DNA of 64,000 bases from Macrostomum lignano (GCA_002269645.1 NIVC01001004.1:62001-126000); one strand, 5' to 3'. Counted from the first letter of the stretch, positions 1 through 17,190 are shown. Notes: generated by a model from the letters alone, not told the origin. A program made the numbers and translations.

Positions 1-77
1 AACAACAAGCAGCTTTATTGTTAGTATCATCATCAGAAAGCCAATCTGCTGCGTTATTAATCCTGCGTACGGTTTAG

Positions 78-416
78 AACGACCTCGCCACGCTGATGAA
101 GCCAGTCTGCCGGGCACTGCCCAGCTGCCTCCGCCGCGGCTGCCAGCTGACGCCCCTGCCCGCAGCCTCCGCAGTTGAACATTCGAGGCATCCAAGACCG
201 ATCTGCGACCGCGACCGCGACTACCGCACTCTGGGCGGGTCCGTCTTCGAGCTGCAGGACGTTCCCGGCGGCGCAGTCTCAACTGGCGTCACACAGGGGC
301 CGATGATTCTGGCCGACCCTGACAGAGGCGATGAAGACCGGCAGCAGCTGATGCAGCACAGACAGCAGAGCAGGAGAGTTGGAACTGTTTTGACACAGTT
401 TGTGACGCAGTTGTAG
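78..416 (+). CDS. Probable terminal coding exon of a gene lying upstream of the window; product unknown
   Basis: Acceptor-like GTTTAG ending at 77, then a GC-rich open frame (NDLATLMKPVCR...VTQL) in frame with ORF 96..416, stop at 414-416, followed by AT-richer sequence. No recognisable motif. Confidence 0.45.
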   Translation, partial: NDLATLMKPVCRALPSCLRRGCQLTPLPAASAVEHSRHPRPICDRDRDYRTLGGSVFELQDVPGGAVSTGVTQGPMILADPDRGDEDRQQLMQHRQQSRRVGTVLTQFVTQL

Positions 417-1439
417 TGTTCCATGCGAGTGTTTTATGCACAGTAAATTATTTTGCGAACTTGCAGCACAGTTTTGCATATGACGCATCGCTATGTAAAG
501 AAAAAGTTCAAGGCAGTGTTTTTTTTCAAACTGAAAAAAATAGTCGTCAAAGACAGCTGTTCAAAGTGAATGTACTCGTATAACTACGTAGAAGAGGCTG
601 AACACTTCTATTGGGCAGAATTCTCAGATTTAGAAAACTGAGGGCACCCTTCGGCGACATGGTCCCACAGACAGCGCTGACGACAATTCTGCCCATTCCG
701 AGCTGACTTCTGAGCAAAAACAAGAAGTTTATCTATTTGCTAACTGGTTGATTGGATTGCAATTTGAGGACCTGTAAGATAACTGTCATGTCCCTGTAGA
801 CTTGGATGCAGCAGACACAGACATCGGGTCCAGTTTCATTCCCTGCAAGTCAGCTTTGCTCTTTTTAGTTGAGCCGGGCAACTAGGGAGCTCAAGTCACA
901 AGCAAATTGAAAAAGTTGAGTAGCAAAACTGACTGAGGCTTGGAGAAATTGAAGAAATTGTAACCCAACTTGAGCTGATGAGCAAGATAAAAAATAGTTA
1001 GCCAACAGGGCGCAAGAGGGAAGGCACAGGCGTGGCGACAAAGGCAGCGGACGAAACGAGTCCTGCGATAGCGAATATATTTTAGGATTTGAGGCGATTA
1101 AAAGGGAAGTCACGAAGCAACGAAATAAAAGCATTACAAGAAAAATAATTTAAAAAAATTTTTACGAGCCAAAGCGCTCTCGCAGCGCGCACGAGAGAGC
1201 GTGAGCGCACAAATAAAAAGGGGCCGACGCCGCCCACCCCCAACCCAACACCCCCGCCTGCCGGCCGGCACACAGCACCCCACCTTGCGGCAGGGGTGCA
1301 CACGCGCGGGCCGCACGCACAGACGGGCGGAGGGGCGGCCCCGTCGGCTAAACACGATTACAGAGCCAGTTAAAACCGGCCCCTGAAATCGCAACCTCGC
1401 AACGCAAGAAGAAAATAGACTCTGTTATAGAGACGCGCG

Positions 1440-3191
<1,752 letters not shown>

Positions 3192-4352
3192 TAGACTCAG
3201 ACATTGAACTTAGCGGTCTAATTGGCATTAAAGTTGCAAGTTAATGTCAACCACTCGGAAGTACTTTTATTTGTTATAAACAGCAGAGCTACGAGTGTTC
3301 GCCGCACTCGAACTGCAGCCCCTTGGTTATCAAGCAGTCCCTTCAGCCAAATCATTCTTTCCAATCCTAATATCCTCGCTGCCTCTGTCTTTTCTTTGTC
3401 AGGCATATAAAATCTGGGATTAAGAATAATGATGCGCTCTGCTTAATCCACTGTCGCACTCAAGCTTAACAAATCAAAGTCGAGATTTTGTTGCCTGTGG
3501 GGCGAGAGGATTAACCTCTCGCTCTTTTGATGGGAACGAGATTTATGTTATGGTTTCCAGTATTTCTACATTGCCGGCAACAGCGTCCATAGCGTTCTGC
3601 ATTCCTTTTTCGACAGTCAGTAACACCAAAAAGCTAGTTGCAATGCACTGTAACTACTTTTGAATTGACCTCCGTACATGCTGCCCAATATGAATTATAT
3701 TATTGAATTTTCACGTGACACACTCGGCATCTGACTGTGTATTGTTTGGCACCTGCCCTCTCAGTTGTCCAGTCTAGTCTCAATAGCCATTACTTTAGTC
3801 CCATGCTGTATTGTGCGCGTCTTCTGCAGGACAGGCCCGAGCTACCTTGTAATTTGATAAATTAATTAATTTTCGAGCCACACAAAGCCATGGTTACGTT
3901 TTCTTGACTGCATGACTGGCTGAGTATTTCATTGAGCACAAAATTCTTTCTATAATTTCTGGAAGTGGAATTGCGTTATATTTCCTGATGGAAATTGAAA
4001 ATGAAGCAAATCAGACTGAGAATCTGCTAATGATTTAGCAGAAATAGACTGATGAAAAAATAATTCAAAGACAGTCGGAAAGACATTAAAAGATCTCTGC
4101 AGTATTAATCTTTAAATGCGTACTCGAAGCAGCGATGACTAAGAGTGCAACTTAGAATTTGTCCCTTTACTTAGAAAATGTTTCAAAGGTCACAATTTGG
4201 AAGATCCAAGCTGCACTTGAATGGTAGGGGAAGTATTCAACACTTCAAAATATGGAAATTTATTTGAAGGGCACTGGTTTTCTTTTCAAAATGCATTGAA
4301 GGCACTGCCGAGCACAGATATTTTCAGAAACCTTATAGGGGATCGATATTTG

Positions 4353-5053
4353 CTGTCTTGGTGAGCGCCCCTGTCTCTTGGGTGGGCTACCCTGTCTCTT
4401 GGTGGGCGCTCCTGTCTCTTGGGTGGGTGACCCTGTCTCTTAGTGGGCGCTCCTGTCTGATGGTGGGCGCCCCTGTCTCTTGGGTGGGTGACCCTGTCTC
4501 TTGGTGGGCGCTCCTGTCTCTTGGGTGGGCGCCCCCGTCTCTTGGGTGGGTGACCCTGTCTTTTGGTGGGCGCTCCTCTCTGATGGTGGGCGCCCCTGTC
4601 TCTTGGGTGGGTGACCCTGTCTCTTGGTGGGCGCTCCTCTCTGATGGTGGGCGCCCCTGTCTCTTGGTGGGCGACCCTGTCTCTTGTGTGGGCGCCCCTG
4701 TCTCTTGGGTGGGCGCCCCCGTCTCTTGGGTGGGTGACCCTGTGTCTTGGTGGGCGCTCCTGTCTGATGGTGGGCGCCCCTGTCTCTTGGTGGGCGCCCC
4801 TGTCTCTTGGGTGGGCGACCCTGTCTCTTGGTGGGCGCCCCTGTCTCTTGGTGGGCGCCCCCGTCTCTTGGGTGGGTGATCCTGTGTCTTGGTGGGCGCT
4901 CCTGTCTGATGGTGGGCGCCCCTGTCTCTTGGTGGGCGCCCCTGTCTCTTGGTGGGCGCCCCTGTCTCTTGGGTGGGCGACCCTGTCTCTTGGTGGGCGC
5001 CCCTGTCTCTTGGTGGGCGCCCCTGTCTCTTGGTGGGCGTACCTGTCTCTTGG
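4353..5053. repeat. GGCGCC-core minisatellite type B (TGGGCGCCCCTGTCTCTTGG variants, ~19-23 bp)
   Basis: Tandem copies; reverse complement of the array at 48879-49122. Confidence 0.95.
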
Positions 5054-5633
5054 GCCCGTGAGTTAAACGTCCAAGACGAGGCAAAAGTTGAGCTCTTGCG
5101 CCACTTATTGATGAGGCATGAATTTTTCTGTTCTGCAGACTGCATCACTCAAATCCGGCGCATAAAAGATTTCGGAATTCAGTTTAAGGACTGGCAGCCT
5201 CGTCCAAAACAATTCTTTTGAAGAGCTGCAAAATTTCGCATATTGCATCTTGTTCTCATCTGCAGAGGATTTCAAGCTTAATCTACAATCGACGCTATAA
5301 AGATAAATCTTTATTAATCATTTCTCAAAGCTTTTCGAATATCCAAAAAGCAGAAAAATAAAAGAAAATAGATTCAAAAGAAACAAAGCAGAAAGGAGAC
5401 GAAATCTTGAATGCTGTTAATGGTGTTTCATTCTGTGGGATCGCCTTTTGTGACACTTGACTCCCTTGCTTTTGCGCTTAGTCTGATGGCGCTGAGCTGC
5501 TTACTGATCCAGGGGCACCTCTGATATCCTTGTTGGCCAGATTGAAGGACTGCGATAGGCGACACTTTCCTAGAGACAAAACAGTGACAAGAAAGGTAAA
5601 ATAGGCGCGCTTTACAGTGATAGATGGAGGATG

Positions 5634-6348
<715 letters not shown>

Positions 6349-6849
6349 ATAGAGGTGGGTAGGTAGGTATGTAGGTAAGTAGATAGATCACTCAGGTAGA
6401 TAGACGGATAGAAGCAGTGCAGGCCCATTTCACTACTTCCGCACTGCATTGCAAGCCGGTTTGCTCACGCAGGTATGCAGAGTGAGCAAGTCGAGAAAGG
6501 AAAAAACAGTGGAAATTCATCTCCCCAGGTAAATATTTCCCGAATCTCGATCTGCCTCCGCTGCGGGGGCCGGCCAAAGTAAATGGAAATTTTTCCCATT
6601 CTTGGCCAGCCCCTATGCATTTGTCTCAGTAAAGCTGCAAATCGCTGCAGACACCTGCCGTTAATTAATCTTTCTTTTGACTGCCGGCCCTTCTGCAAAA
6701 GTCTGCAAAAGTGTCGTTGTAATCGAGTTTCCGTTTTTTGGGCTATTTATTATATTTACTGTTGCCAACAGGTCTGTTTATTCACTGTTGGCATTCCATA
6801 TTTGGTCAAATGAAAATGGGCTCGAAAACTGCACAGCTCATCTACAGCG

Positions 6850-7037
6850 CCTCATCAACACCCACAACACCTCAGTAACACCCACAACACCTCAGTAACA
6901 CCCACAGCACCCCAACAACACCCCACAGCACCTCAACAACACCCCACAGCACCTCAACAACACCCCAGAGTACCTCAGTAACACCCACAACACTTCAACA
7001 ACACCCACAGCACCTCAGCAACACCCACAGCACCCAC
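6850..7037. repeat. ~20-bp degenerate minisatellite (ACACCCACAACACCTCAGTA-like)
   Basis: About 9 imperfect tandem copies. Confidence 0.85.
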
Positions 7038-7912
7038 GCCATTGTACGTGTATACAAACCTTTGTGTACAAATGTACAATGTACTCGTATTTCAGGGAAC
7101 AGCAAAGTGCTCGAATACTCATACAAGTACTTGGCTTCAGACAACGCTGCATGGACAGCTGTCTGTCTTTTAAATATGCCAGAGATATACCAGAGCCTTC
7201 TTAATCTTCATCTGCATAACATTTACTACGACCATCTCATTACAGCTGAAGTGCTTCGCTGCATCACAACCCTGTTAATGCAGCTAATTTCCACTGGTCA
7301 TCCAGCTTCCTCTTCGACGTTTATATGGTTTGACTTCTATGACCTTACATAACAGGGCAGCAATTAATTAAGCATTAAAGCATAGCCTTATTTATAATTT
7401 AGCATAGGCCCCTGCATGAAGTGTCGGCTAAGCTTCCATGATTAAAACGATAAAATTACACTTTTCTCTCAAAATAGACTGTAATTTTAGCAGACGCAAT
7501 TGAAGCGGGCGCTGCTTTTATGTTTGTCACATCAGCGAGGCTTTGGTAGCTGCTACGAATGGGAACCTCGATCGATTGTCATGAAATGCGTGCGATTTTT
7601 TCCGGATTTCGCGCGCACATTGCTGTAAAAAATATATTAGGAAGACCCCAGCGGTTAACAATAAATTCTGAATTGGACTAATTTATTAGATGAAAATCCT
7701 GACACTTATAATTTAATTAGCTCTTCTGAATTACCCTGACTGCTTTTTTACTTCTGTAGGTCCTTTAGCTTGTAAGATAGCTATAAATCCTTGGAAACTT
7801 CTTGATATATAGATCTCGCAGCATCATCTGTAAATATGAATCTTACAAAATTCTTAAAAGATTTCAGTAGTTGGCCAAGCCCAGTCAGCTTTGAAATCTT
7901 AGCAATCTACGC

Positions 7913-10900
7913 CAGCAAGCATCAGCAAGCATCCCCCAGACAGCAAGCATCCCCCAGACAGCAAGCATCCCCCAGACAGCAAGCATCCCCCAGACAGCAA
8001 GCATCCCCCAGACAGCAAGCATCCCCCAGACAGCAAGCATCCCCCAGACAGCAAGCATCCCCCAGACAGCAAGCATCCCCCAGACAGCAAGCATCGCCCA
8101 GACAGCAAGCATCCCCAGACAGCAAGCATCCCCCAGACAGCAAGCATCCCCCAGACAGCAAGCATCGCCCAGACAGCAAGCATCGCCCAGACAGCAAGCA
8201 TCGCCCAGACAGCAAGCATCGCCCAGACAGCAAGCATCCCCCAGACAGCAAGCAGCCCATAGCAAGCATCCCCAGATAGCAAGCATCCCCCAGACAGCAA
8301 GCATCGCCCAGACAGCAAGCATCCCCCAGACAGCAAGCAGCCCATAGCAAGCATTCCCCAGATAGCAAGCATCCCCCAGACAGCAAGCATCCCCTAGATA
8401 GCAAGCATTCCCCAGACAGCAAGCAAGCATCCCCCAGACAGCAAGCAAGCATCCCCCAGACAGCAAGCAAGCATCCCCCAGACAGCAAGCATCCCTCAGA
8501 CAGCAAGCATTCCCCAGACAGCAAGCATCGCCCAGACAGCAAGCATCCCCCAGACAGCAAGCAGCCCACAGCAAGCATCCCCAGATAGCAAGCATCCCCC
8601 AGACAGCAAGCATCCCCCAGACAGCAAGCATCCCCCAGACAGCAAGCATCCCCCAGACAGCAAGCATCCCCCAGACAGCAAGCATCCCCAGACAGCAAGC
8701 AGCCCACAGCAAGCATCCCCCAGATAGCAAGCATCCCCCAGACAGCAAGCATCCCCAGACAGCAAGCATCCCCCAGATAGCAAGCATCCCCCAGACAGCA
8801 AGCATCCCCAAGACAGCAAGCATCCCCCAGACAGCAAGCAGCCCACAGCAAGCATCCCCCAGATAGCAAGCATCCCCAGACAGCAAGCATCCCCAGACAG
8901 CAAGCATCCCCCAGATAGCAAGCATCCCCCAGACAGCAAGCATCCCCAAGACAGCAAGCATCCCCAAGACAGCAAGCATCCCCAAGACAGCAAGCAGCCC
9001 ATAGCAAGCATCCCCCAGACAGCAAGCATCCCCCAGACAGCAAGCATCGCCCAGACAGCAAGCATCCCCCAGACAGCAAGCAGCCCATAGCAAGCATTCC
9101 CCAGATAGCAAGCATCCCCCAGACAGCAAGCATCCCCTAGATAGCAAGCATTCCCCAGACAGCAAGCAAGCATCCCCCAGACAGCAAGCAAGCATCCCCA
9201 GACAGCAAGCAAGCATCCCCCAGATAGCAAGCATCCCCAGACAGCAAGCATCCCCCAGACAGCAAGCATCGCCCAGACAGCAAGCATCCCCCAGACAGCA
9301 AGCAGCCCACAGCAAGCATCCCCAGATAGCAAGCATCCCCCAGACAGCAAGCATCCCCCAGACAGCAAGCATCCCCAGACAGCAAGCATCCCCAGACAGC
9401 AAGCATCCCCCAGACAGCAAGCATCCCCCAGACAGCAAGCAGCCCACAGCAAGCATCCCCCAGATAGCAAGCATCCCCCAGACAGCAAGCATCCCCCAGA
9501 CAGCAAGCATCCCCCAGATAGCAAGCATCCCCAGACAGCAAGCATCCCCAAGACAGCAAGCATCCCCAGACAGCAAGCAGCCCACAGCAAGCATCCCCCA
9601 GATAGCAAGCATCCCCAGACAGCAAGCATCCCCCAGACAGCAAGCATCCCCCAGATAGCAAGCATCCCCCAGACAGCAAGCATCCCCCAGACAGCAAGCA
9701 TCCCCAGATAGCAAGCATCCCCCAGACAGCAAGCATCCCCCAGACAGCAAGCATCCCCAGACAGCAAGCATCCCCAGACAGCAAGCATCCCCAAGACAGC
9801 AAGCATCCCCCAGACAGCAAGCATCCCCAAGACAGCAAGCATCCCCCAGACAGCAAGCATCCCCAGACAGCAAGCATCCCCCAGACAGCAAGCATCCCCC
9901 AGACAGCAAGCATCCCCCAGACAGCAAGCATCCCCAATACAGCAAGCATCCCCCAGACAGCAAGCATCCCCAAGACAGCAAGCATCCCCAAGACAGCAAG
10001 CATCCCCAAGACAGCAAGCATCCCCAAGACAGCAAGCATCCCCCAGACAGCAAGCATCCCCCAGACAGCAAGCATCCCCAGACAGCAAGCATCCCCCAGA
10101 CAGCAAGCATCCCCCAGACAGCAAGCATCCCCCAGACAGCAAGCATCCCCCAGACAGCAAGCATCCCCCAGACAGCAAGCATCGCCCAGACAGCAAGCAT
10201 CCCCAGACAGCAAGCATCCCCAGACAGCAAGCATCCCCCAGACAGCAAGCATCGCCCAGACAGCAAGCATCGCCCAGACAGCAAGCATCGCCCAGACAGC
10301 AAGCATCCCCCAGACAGCAAGCATCCCCCAGACAGCAAGCAGCCCATAGCAAGCATCCCCCAGACAGCAAGCATCCCCCAGACAGCAAGCAGCCCATAGC
10401 AAGCATCCCCCAGACAGCAAGCAGCCCATAGCAAGCATTCCCTAGATAGAAAGCATCCCCCAGACAGCAAGCATCCCCTAGATAGCAAGCATTCCCCAGA
10501 CAGCAAGCAAGCATCCCCCAGACAGCAAGCAAGCATCCCCCAGACAGCAAGCAAGCATCCCCCAGACAGCAAGCATCGCCCAGACAGCAAGCATCCCCAG
10601 ACAGCAAGCATCGCCCAGACAGCAAGCATCCCCCAGACAGCAAGCATCCCCCAGACAGCAAGCATCCCCAAGACAGCAAGCATCGCCCAGACAGCAAGCA
10701 TCCCCCAGACAGCAAGCATCCCCCAGACAGCAAGCATCCCCCAGACAGCAAGCATCGCCCAGACAGCAAGCATCGCCCAGACAGCAAGCATCGCCCAGAC
10801 AGCAAGCATCCCCCAGACAGCAAGCATCCCCCAGACAGCAAGCAGCCCATAGCAAGCATCCCCCAGACAGCAAGCATCCCCCAGACAGCAAGCATTGCCC

Positions 10901-13900
10901 AGACAGCAAGCATCCCCCAGACAGCAAGCAGCCCATAGCAAGCATTCCCCAGATAGCAAGCATCCCCCAGACAGCAAGCATCCCCTAGATAGCAAGCATT
11001 CCCCAGACAGCAAGCAAGCATCCCCCAGACAGCAAGCAAGCATCCCCAGACAGCAAGCAAGCATCCCCCAGACAGCAAGCATCCCTCAGACAGCAAGCAT
11101 CGCCCAGACAGCAAGCATCGCCCAGACAGCAAGCATCCCCCAGACAGCAAGCAGCCCACAGCAAGCATCCCCAGATAGCAAGCATCCCCCAGACAGCAAG
11201 CATCCCCTAGACAGCAAGCATCCCCCAGACAGCAAGCATCCCCCAGACAGCAAGCATCCCCCAGACAGCAAGCATCCCCCAGACAGCAAGCATCCCCCAG
11301 ACAGCAAGCAGCCCACAGCAAGCATCCCCCAGATAGCAAGCATCCCCCAGACAGCAAGCATCCCCAGACAGCAAGCATCCCCCAGATAGCAAGCATCCCC
11401 CAGACAGCAAGCATCCCCAAGACAGCAAGCATCCCCAGACAGCAAGCAGCCCACAGCAAGCATCCCCCAGATAGCAAGCATCCCCAGACAGCAAGCATCC
11501 CCCAGACAGCAAGCATCCCCCAGATAGCAAGCATCCCCCAGACAGCAAGCATCCCCCAGACAGCAAGCATCCCCAGATAGCAAGCATCCCCCAGACAGCA
11601 AGCATCCCCAAGACAGCAAGCATCCCCAAGACAGCAAGCATCCCCAAGACAGCAAGCAGCCCATAGCAAGCATCCCCCAGACAGCAAGCATCCCCCAGAC
11701 AGCAAGCATCGCCCAGACAGCAAGCATCCCCCAGACAGCAAGCATCCCCCAGACAGCAAGCATCCCCAGACAGCAAGCATCGCCCAGACAGCAAGCATCG
11801 CCCAGACAGCAAGCATCGCCCAGACAGCAAGCATCCCCCAGACAGCAAGCATCCCCCAGACAGCAAGCAGCCCATAGCAAGCATCCCCCAGACAGCAAGC
11901 ATCCCCCAGACAGCAAGCATCGCCCAGACAGCAAGCATCCCCCAGACAGCAAGCAGCCCATAGCAAGCATTCCCCAGATAGCAAGCATCCCCCAGACAGC
12001 AAGCATCCCCTAGATAGCAAGCATTCCCCAGACAGCAAGCAAGCATCCCCCAGACAGCAAGCAAGCATCCCCCAGACAGCAAGCAAGCATCCCCCAGACA
12101 GCAAGCATCCCTCAGACAGCAAGCATCCCCCAGACAGCAAGCATCGCCCAGACAGCAAGCATCCCCCAGACAGCAAGCAGCCCACAGCAAGCATCCCCAG
12201 ATAGCAAGCATCCCCCAGACAGCAAGCATCCCCCAGACAGCAAGCATCCCCCAGACAGCAAGCATCCCCCAGACAGCAAGCATCCCCCAGACAGCAAGCA
12301 TCCCCCAGACAGCAAGCAGCCCACAGCAAGCATCCCCCAGATAGCAAGCATCCCCCAGACAGCAAGCATCCCCCAGACAGCAAGCATCCCCCAGATAGCA
12401 AGCATCCCCCAGACAGCAAGCATCCCCAAGACAGCAAGCATCCCCCAGACAGCAAGCAGCCCACAGCAAGCATCCCCAGATAGCAAGCATCCCCCAGACA
12501 GCAAGCATCCCCCAGACAGCAAGCATCCCCCAGATAGCAAGCATCCCCCAGACAGCAAGCATCCCCAAGACAGCAAGCATCCCCAAGACAGCAAGCATCC
12601 CCAAGACAGCAAGCAGCCCATAGCAAGCATCCCCCAGACAGCAAGCATCCCCCAGACAGCAAGCATCGCCCAGACAGCAAGCATCCCCCAGACAGCAAGC
12701 AGCCCATAGCAAGCATTCCCCAGATAGCAAGCATCCCCCAGACAGCAAGCATCCCCTAGATAGCAAGCATTCCCCAGACAGCAAGCAAGCATCCCCCAGA
12801 CAGCAAGCAAGCATCCCCAGACAGCAAGCAAGCATCCCCCAGATAGCAAGCATCCCCAGACAGCAAGCATCCCCCAGACAGCAAGCATCGCCCAGACAGC
12901 AAGCATCCCCCAGACAGCAAGCAGCCCACAGCAAGCATCCCCAGATAGCAAGCATCCCCCAGACAGCAAGCATCCCCCAGACAGCAAGCATCCCCCAGAC
13001 AGCAAGCATCCCCCAGACAGCAAGCATCCCCCAGACAGCAAGCATCCCCCAGACAGCAAGCAGCCCACAGCAAGCATCCCCCAGATAGCAAGCATCCCCC
13101 AGACAGCAAGCATCCCCCAGACAGCAAGCATCCCCAGATAGCAAGCATCCCCAGACAGCAAGCATCCCCAAGACAGCAAGCATCCCCCAGACAGCAAGCA
13201 GCCCACAGCAAGCATCCCCCAGATAGCAAGCATCCCCCAGACAGCAAGCATCCCCCAGACAGCAAGCATCCCCCAGATAGCAAGCATCCCCCAGACAGCA
13301 AGCATCCCCCAGACAGCAAGCATCCCCCAGATAGCAAGCATCCCCAGACAGCAAGCATCCCCCAGACAGCAAGCATCCCCAAGACAGCAAGCATCCCCAA
13401 GACAGCAAGCATCCCCAAGACAGCAAGCATCCCCCAGACAGCAAGCATCCCCAAGACAGCAAGCATCCCCCAGACAGCAAGCATCCCCCAGACAGCAAGC
13501 ATCCCCCAGACAGCAAGCATCCCCAGACAGCAAGCATCCCCCAGACAGCAAGCATCCCCAATACAGCAAGCATCCCCCAGACAGCAAGCATCCCCAAGAC
13601 AGCAAGCATCCCCAAGACAGCAAGCATCCCCAAGACAGCAAGCATCCCCAAGACAGCAAGCATCCCCCAGACAGCAAGCATCCCCCAGACAGCAAGCATC
13701 CCCAGACAGCAAGCATCCCCCAGACAGCAAGCATCCCCAGACAGCAAGCATCCCCCAGACAGCAAGCATCCCCCAGACAGCAAGCATCCCCCAGACAGCA
13801 AGCATCGCCCAGACAGCAAGCATCCCCCAGACAGCAAGCATCCCCCAGACAGCAAGCATCCCCCAGACAGCAAGCATCGCCCAGACAGCAAGCATCGCCC

Positions 13901-16645
13901 AGACAGCAAGCATCGCCCAGACAGCAAGCATCCCCCAGACAGCAAGCATCCCCCAGACAGCAAGCAGCCCATAGCAAGCATCCCCCAGACAGCAAGCATC
14001 CCCCAGACAGCAAGCAGCCCATAGCAAGCATCCCCCAGACAGCAAGCAGCCCATAGCAAGCATTCCCTAGATAGAAAGCATCCCCCAGACAGCAAGCATC
14101 CCCTAGATAGCAAGCATTCCCCAGACAGCAAGCAAGCATCCCCCAGACAGCAAGCAAGCATCCCCCAGACAGCAAGCAAGCATCCCCCAGACAGCAAGCA
14201 TCGCCCAGACAGCAAGCATCCCCCAGACAGCAAGCATCGCCCAGACAGCAAGCATCCCCCAGACAGCAAGCATCCCCCAGACAGCAAGCATCCCCAAGAC
14301 AGCAAGCATCGCCCAGACAGCAAGCATCCCCCAGACAGCAAGCATCCCCCAGACAGCAAGCATCCCCCAGACAGCAAGCATCGCCCAGACAGCAAGCATC
14401 GCCCAGACAGCAAGCATCGCCCAGACAGCAAGCATCCCCCAGACAGCAAGCATCCCCCAGACAGCAAGCAGCCCATAGCAAGCATCCCCCAGACAGCAAG
14501 CATCCCCCAGACAGCAAGCATTGCCCAGACAGCAAGCATCCCCCAGACAGCAAGCAGCCCATAGCAAGCATTCCCCAGATAGCAAGCATCCCCCAGACAG
14601 CAAGCATCCCCTAGATAGCAAGCATTCCCCAGACAGCAAGCAAGCATCCCCCAGACAGCAAGCAAGCATCCCCAGACAGCAAGCAAGCATCCCCCAGACA
14701 GCAAGCATCCCTCAGACAGCAAGCATCCCCAGACAGCAAGCATCGCCCAGACAGCAAGCATCCCCCAGACAGCAAGCAGCCCACAGCAAGCATCCCCAGA
14801 TAGCAAGCATCCCCCAGACAGCAAGCATCCCCCAGACAGCAAGCATCCCCCAGACAGCAAGCATCCCCCAGACAGCAAGCATCCCCCAGACAGCAAGCAT
14901 CCCCCAGACAGCAAGCATCCCCAGACAGCAAGCAGCCCACAGCAAGCATCCCCCAGATAGCAAGCATCCCCCAGACAGCAAGCATCCCCCAGACAGCAAG
15001 CATCCCCCAGATAGCAAGCATCCCCCAGACAGCAAGCATCCCCAAGACAGCAAGCATCCCCCAGACAGCAAGCAGCCCACAGCAAGCATCCCCAGATAGC
15101 AAGCATCCCCCAGACAGCAAGCATCCCCAGACAGCAAGCATCCCCCAGATAGCAAGCATCCCCCAGACAGCAAGCATCCCCCAGACAGCAAGCATCCCCC
15201 AGATAGCAAGCATCCCCCAGACAGCAAGCATCCCCAAGACAGCAAGCATCCCCAAGACAGCAAGCATCCCCAAGACAGCAAGCAGCCCATAGCAAGCATC
15301 CCCCAGACAGCAAGCATCCCCCAGACAGCAAGCATCGCCCAGACAGCAAGCATCCCCCAGACAGCAAGCAGCCCATAGCAAGCATTCCCCAGATAGCAAG
15401 CATCCCCCAGACAGCAAGCATCCCCTAGATAGCAAGCATTCCCCAGACAGCAAGCAAGCATCCCCCAGACAGCAAGCAAGCATCCCCCAGACAGCAAGCA
15501 AGCATCCCCCAGATAGCAAGCATCCCCCAGACAGCAAGCATCCCCCAGACAGCAAGCATCGCCCAGACAGCAAGCATCCCCCAGACAGCAAGCAGCCCAC
15601 AGCAAGCATCCCCAGATAGCAAGCATCCCCCAGACAGCAAGCATCCCCCAGACAGCAAGCATCCCCCAGACAGCAAGCATCCCCCAGACAGCAAGCATCC
15701 CCCAGACAGCAAGCATCCCCCAGACAGCAAGCAGCCCACAGCAAGCATCCCCCAGATAGCAAGCATCCCCCAGACAGCAAGCATCCCCCAGACAGCAAGC
15801 ATCCCCCAGATAGCAAGCATCCCCCAGACAGCAAGCATCCCCAAGACAGCAAGCATCCCCCAGACAGCAAGCAGCCCACAGCAAGCATCCCCCAGATAGC
15901 AAGCATCCCCCAGACAGCAAGCATCCCCAGACAGCAAGCATCCCCCAGATAGCAAGCATCCCCCAGACAGCAAGCATCCCCCAGACAGCAAGCATCCCCC
16001 AGATAGCAAGCATCCCCCAGACAGCAAGCATCCCCAAGACAGCAAGCATCCCCAAGACAGCAAGCATCCCCCAGACAGCAAGCATCCCCAAGACAGCAAG
16101 CATCCCCCAGACAGCAAGCATCCCCCAGATAGCAAGCATCCCCCAGACAGCAAGCATCCCCCAGACAGCAAGCATCCCCCAGACAGCAAGCAGCCCACAG
16201 CAAGCATCCCCCAGATAGCAAGCATCCCCCAGACAGCAAGCATCCCCCAGACAGCAAGCATCCCCAGATAGCAAGCATCCCCAGACAGCAAGCATCCCCA
16301 AGACAGCAAGCATCCCCAAGACAGCAAGCATCCCCAAGACAGCAAGCAGCCCATAGCAAGCATCCCCCAGACAGCAAGCATCCCCCAGACAGCAAGCATC
16401 GCCCAGACAGCAAGCATCCCCCAGACAGCAAGCAGCCCATAGCAAGCATTCCCCAGATAGCAAGCATCCCCCAGACAGCAAGCATCCCCTAGATAGCAAG
16501 CATTCCCCAGACAGCAAGCAAGCATCCCCCAGACAGCAAGCAAGCATCCCCCAGACAGCAAGCAAGCATCCCCCAGATAGCAAGCATCCCCCAGACAGCA
16601 AGCATCCCCCAGACAGCAAGCATCGCCCAGACAGCAAGCATCCCC
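7913..16645. repeat. 18-bp minisatellite AGACAGCAAGCATCCCCC, left part (~8.7 kb) with higher-order structure
   Basis: Roughly 490 tandem units; variants GATAG, CATCGCCC, GCAGCCCAC/CCCAT, CAAGCAAG. Source of the QQASPR / GDACCL / WGMLAV ORFs. Confidence 0.98.
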
Positions 16646-17190
16646 TATGTTATCAGTGATGACCCAAAACAAAGAAATGACGCACATCGTAGGGGATACC
16701 CGACAGGCCACATCACAGATATGACACTCCAAAAAATATATCCGACCAGAATATTTCGAAATATGACACATAAAAGTTTCGCAAAAAACTATAAATTTTG
16801 CATTACATGCTACTAATAGTAGAAATGCGAAAATAATTCGATCGCAGCTCCAAAGGGTTTCAAATAAATCGCATTAGACACAAGTCCAGCTATTTTAGTT
16901 ATATATATTATTTACTTGCAAATTTTATAATTATATTTTATGTGCATACGAATTTTAGTTATAATTAATAAGTTTTCAAATATTATATTATCTTTACATG
17001 TTTCACATGTTAGAAAATAGTTATATTAGCATGTTGAAATAGTGCATTGGTAGGCAGTCACCGAATGGGCAAATGTACTCCTGCCGGCATGCGACTTGGG
17101 CCGCTCAGCTGGGCCGGGCGGCTGCTGGGCTGCGGTGGGCGGCTGCTCAGCTGATCCGGGCTGTGACGCATCGGTCTGAGTAGAGAAATT

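Noticed and set aside
5428-5569. Possible minus-strand terminal exon after a good polypyrimidine acceptor at 5570-5571
   Set aside because: No partner exon or homology found and all frames are short; not supportable without RNA data.
7062-7352. ORF 7062..7352 and other short ORFs in AT-rich spacers (3218-3410, 6392-6898, 19040-19333, 37599-40046, 45990-47568)
   Set aside because: Most start at non-ATG codons, and they show no motifs or consistent splice structure; this is expected by chance.
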